DNA of 10,483 nucleotides from Chlorokybus atmophyticus. Taxonomy: Eukaryota > Plantae > Mesostigma and Chlorokybus algae. A model generated the notes under the pieces. That model saw only the letters and a program-made list of their open reading frames with translations, was not told the origin of the DNA and searched no databases. The DNA lies in NCBI GenBank assembly GCA_009103225.1, contig RHPI01002990.1, forward strand, positions 483,203 to 493,685. Reading direction: 5' to 3'. Position 1 is the first letter of the stretch. Every line of letters begins with the position of its first letter. Positions 7,902 through 10,483 of this stretch are shown piece after piece. The translations under genes and the position numbers were made by a program.

Positions 7902-8828
7902 ATGCGCAAGGCGGGGCGAGTTCAAAGTATGCATTGGCAAGAGGAGTTGTTGCTTTGCATGGCTAAGGCACTGTGTGCAGTTACGCCATCTCATGCACAT
8001 GGCCACTTGTACCACGCTCTCACATCAACGTACATTTGCGTGCACGCAGGCTCGCCACACCCCGGACAACGTGCATGACTACGTGATGGTGTGGGTCGGT
8101 ACCCGCAGCGTGCAGGACCTCGACCGCATACTCTCAGAGGACTTCATCTGTGAGAATGCGTCTGTCCACGTGTTGTATACAAAACCACTCACATATGTGT
8201 GTGTGTGTGTGTGTGTGTGTTGTGGTAGCGATGCAGCCTGTGGCCCCCAAGACTGAGCCAATCAAGGGCCGCAAAGCCCTGCAGGACTTGATCCAAGCAT
8301 GGCACCATGTCCTCCAGCCCTTCAACGCATTGTAAGCAGCAGCAGTTGAGTATTCACTACTGCCTAGTTGCCACCCACCCACCCACATATGTGTAGGTAC
8401 GCGATCATGGAGGGTCCGATGGCGAACGAGTCCATGCACTGGTGGACTCTGCGCGAGCGCGGAAGGTGATGAACGACTTCCGCGGGGTCAAAGCATCCAG
8501 GGGTTGGGTCACTATACAGTGCAGCAGGCTGCGAGAAACACACCTTCAAGGAACGAGTGAGAGCTACGTGATGAACAAACAGACCAAAACTGCGAGTCAT
8601 AGAGAAATGCACACAGAGATACATACACATGCACACACGCAGGGGGAGATCTGTCGCACGGAGAATTGTTATGATGGGGGATTACATGCTGAAGCAGATG
8701 CAGGGGGGAAGGTCAAACACCCCAGCTACTTTGATGATGATGATGCGCGAGCACGGGCACGGCCGGGGGTTCTTCAGCAACAATGCTTGACAAATGATCA
8801 CAGAGTGACAACGACATCAACGACTTGA
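7902..8828 (+). pseudogene. Paralog B of the SnoaL/NTF2-like gene, with apparent frameshifts (pseudogene or assembly errors)
   Basis: Exons 8050-8149 (100 nt) and 8229-8331 (103 nt) match paralog A in length and splice phase (ARHTPDNVHDYVMVWVGTRSVQDLDRILSEDFI; SMQPVAPKTEPIKGRKALQDLIQAWHHVLQPFNA). The last exon from 8643 starts GEICRTENCYDG. Frame disruptions relative to A at ~7913-7916, ~8397-8405, 8676-8680 and 8703-8708; A's TAG aligns with CAG. Confidence 0.55.
8196..8220. repeat. (TG)12 microsatellite, intronic in paralog B
   Basis: Direct read; lies between the donor at 8150 and the acceptor at 8228. Confidence 0.9.
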
Positions 8829-9289
8829 CATTGTGCGTGTGTACAAAAGATGGAGTGCTGATAAGACCGCATGCAAGGGGTCATAAGCATGAGACATGCA
8901 TGTAGTCATGCACACGCCGCAAGCAAACAGTCAGCAGCAGTCGCAGTGCTATTTCACCACCGGGCTAGGTACTTCTAACGCACTCAACTACCACCACTTG
9001 GCTACGCCGTTAGTCATGCGTGCATGCATGTATGTATGTTCCATTATCACCTGCCCACACGGGCTGCTGTTAGTCCCTGGTGTCAACGGGCAGCATGGCA
9101 ATCACAACGACGACGACTCCCTCCCTTTCGTTCTCCCTCTTCCCCGCCACTCTCTGCATCTCGCCGCTCATGCCGCGGCCCTGGCTGCCACTCTACCCTA
9201 ACCCTCGCTGCGTGCTGCCTACGTCAGCACTGCACGCGCAGGGCCGTTCGGGTGGCAGCTGTTCTGCTGGTAGATTGGTGTCATTGGCA

Positions 9290-9874
9290 GTTCGGTGGTG
9301 CTGGCAGTTAAGTGCTGGTGGTTGGGTTGGGTGGTTGGGTTGGGCGCTCACGCCCTGGGCACGGGCAAGCTGCGTTACCATGCAGCTTGCTCCCCGTGCA
9401 TGCTCACTGTCCAGTCCGCCGGCTCCGCACTTGCTGGCCAGCATGTGGTCGGTACGCTCTGCAGTTGGCAGCAGCAGCAGCGTCAAGCCCAAGTTGCACG
9501 GTCGTGCAGCGGTATGCGAGTACGAGCGTGAGCATGCAGCGTGTGAATGCGCCCTCTCCTCTCCCTCCCCCTCCTCCTCTCCCTCCCCTCTCTCTCCCCT
9601 CCTCCTCCCCCGCCCTTCTCTCTCTTCTATCGCCACGTCCGTCTCCCTTGCTGGCGACGCAGCAACCCTTGTTGCTGTGCGAGGGAGGGCCCCTCTGCCC
9701 CTCCCCTCTGCTGTCCTGTCTCCTTGGGTGCGTAGTGCCAGTCCGCATTGCATGCAGTAGTAGCGGCGCTGTCGGTGGCGGTTAGGTATTGCTGGTGGGG
9801 TTGGGTGGTGGGGTTGGGTGTTGGTATCTTCGGCACGGGCAAGCTCGATTACCAGTCAGCCTGCTCCCCGCGCA
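9290..9874. repeat. Degenerate direct duplication (~474-bp offset) with G4 motifs and a hairpin, separated by a CT-rich tract
   Basis: tgctggtg..gttgggtggt.gggttggg..ggcacgggcaagct...ttacca..cagc.tgctccccg.gca occurs at ~9313-9400 and ~9790-9874. A pyrimidine tract lies at ~9551-9630. Confidence 0.8.
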
Positions 9875-10483
9875 CTGGGTGCACTACTGCTGTGTAGAAT
9901 GACACTCGAGGCGTACTTTTCTGCTGGTGGGTCGTTTGACAAGGCGCGGCCTGTGTGTTTTGGGTGCTCTGTTGTCGTCCTTTCTCATTGTCAGACGCTG
10001 TGCATTGCACTAGAGGACTTGTTCAGTTGTAGTTGTGAGTCAATGAGTGAGTGCACACGCACGCGCGCATACGAGCAATGCATCAGTGATGAGCAGATAC
10101 ATGCATGCACTTCCCTTGCAAGTACTCGCACAAATGCATTGCGTGCGCTGCATTTGTGCAAATTAACGCGCCATCGTCGACGTGGCATGTTATTCATACC
10201 GCACCGCATGTTGCGTTGTGTACACTATGCAGTGTGACCACATATCACAGGCTGCTACCTTTGGAATCCAACCATGTTGGGTGGCATGCAAGTTATACAT
10301 TGTGGTTGGGGCCAATGGTCTTCAGTAACCTTCCAGTCTCAACCTACTACTGTAGCCACATGTGCCAACAGTGTGCCCTCAAGACTGTGTGCAGCGTACC
10401 TGTATGTATACAGACTACCACTCTGTTCACTCCACTCTTCAATACGCGAGTGTCGCGTGTGTGTTTTCGTGTACGCGATCCCC

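Noticed and set aside
4695-8780. Hints of a TAA/TAG=Gln genetic code as in some ulvophytes: A's TAG aligns with CAG in B, and reading through the S17 TAA then splicing 4702-4784 creates a TGA
   Set aside because: No TAA or TAG occurs inside any confidently coding exon of the YR, S17 or paralog genes despite dozens of Gln codons, and A/B similarity ends right after the TAG. The standard code fits better.
9195-9344. Telomeric repeats (ccctaa, ttggg)
   Set aside because: One or two irregular units only; no tandem telomeric array.
9359-9420. Helitron 3' terminal hairpin
   Set aside because: No CTRR terminus about 10-12 nt after the stem, and the stem is longer than typical.
9080-9785. Long overlapping ORFs on both strands (226, 186 and 157 aa)
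   Set aside because: Stop-poor because of C/T- and G-rich low complexity; no domain motifs; overlap in several frames indicates a compositional artefact.

Overview
Eukaryotic, intron-containing nuclear DNA, most likely from a green alga (inferred from a nuclear plastid-type uS17 gene with a transit peptide). (1) 22..2208 (-): a spliced gene of at least 7 exons, running off the left edge, encoding a CryptonF/Ndc10-type tyrosine recombinase with all catalytic residues (R, K, HxxR, W, Y) present. The ORF track shows it only as fragments. (2) About 2350..3715: non-coding DNA with degenerate tandem repeats, a perfect 10-7-10 inverted repeat shaped like a tyrosine-recombinase site, and a dense cluster of overlapping hairpins and GATAAG repeats; possibly the element terminus. 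(3) 3975..4697 (+): two-exon plastid ribosomal protein S17. (4) 6007..6867 (-) and about 7902..8828 (+): head-to-head paralogous multi-exon genes, probably SnoaL/NTF2-like; the + copy has apparent frameshifts. (5) About 9290..9874: non-coding degenerate ~474-bp duplication with G-quadruplex motifs and a hairpin. All gene models were spliced by hand from GT-AG signals and frame continuity; no database search was run.
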